Assembly: GCA_049840735.1 (NCBI GenBank)
Contig: JASGJN010000017.1
Span: 128,001-192,000, forward strand
Reading direction: 5' to 3'
Length of the DNA stretch: 64,000 nt
From: Anaeromyxobacter sp.
GTDB lineage: Bacteria > Myxococcota > Myxococcia > Myxococcales > Anaeromyxobacteraceae
The notes under the pieces were generated by a model. The model did no database searches. It was not told the origin of the DNA and was given only the letters and a program-made list of their open reading frames with translations. Position numbers and translations under genes: made by a program. Below, piece after piece: positions 63,819 through 64,000 of this stretch (position 1 is its first letter; the number at the start of each line of letters is the position of its first letter).

Positions 63819-64000
63819 TCACGGGCGGGCGGGGGCCGCCGCAGGCTCGCGCGCCCTGCGGCGCGAGGCCGGCCCGCGCGCGCCCACCAGGGCCACGGCG
63901 CGGTCCACGATGGCGCCGGCCGCGTCCACCCCGCAGGCCGTCTCGGCCTCGCGGATGGAGGGCGAGCCGTTCACCTCGAAGATGCGCGGGCCGCCCTTCA
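63819..64000 (-). CDS. 3' end of a RimK-family ATP-grasp ligase (partial)
   Basis: GPRIFEVNGSPSIREAETACGVDAAGAIV matches the RimK C-terminal EVN.SP pattern. Confidence 0.7.
   Translation of the reverse strand, partial: KGGPRIFEVNGSPSIREAETACGVDAAGAIVDRAVALVGARGPASRRRAREPAAAPARP

Overview
Very GC-rich bacterial chromosome segment. Gene content and order suggest Myxococcota, Anaeromyxobacter-like (inference). It is mostly core genome: a TCA cluster (icd-mdh-sdhCAB-sucC), lepA-lepB-pyrR-pyrB-pyrC-carA, class II ribonucleotide reductase nrdJ with an NrdR-type box, the SOS mutagenesis cassette imuA-imuB-dnaE2 with a LexA-type box, a RegB/RegA-like two-component pair, an isolated FliH-FliI-FliJ (SctL-SctN-SctO)-like ATPase trio, an alternative sigma factor, and the tRNA-tuf-rpmG-secE-nusG-rplKAJL-rpoBC cluster. 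Three things stand out. (1) One palindromic REP-like element family (stem-TGAGCGTAG-hairpin-CGGAGTCGAA-stem, with covarying stems) forms a 7-copy tandem array upstream of the orphan ATPase trio. It also sits in frame inside all three imu cassette genes, including an inverted pair around a ~40-unit Gly-Ala repeat in dnaE2. (2) Single-base frameshifts and odd substitutions, including in rpoB, cluster at GATC sites, which points to a methylation-linked sequencing error signature rather than real pseudogenes. (3) nrdJ has a long, hairpin-rich 5' leader. All calls come from reading the sequence; no database searches were run.
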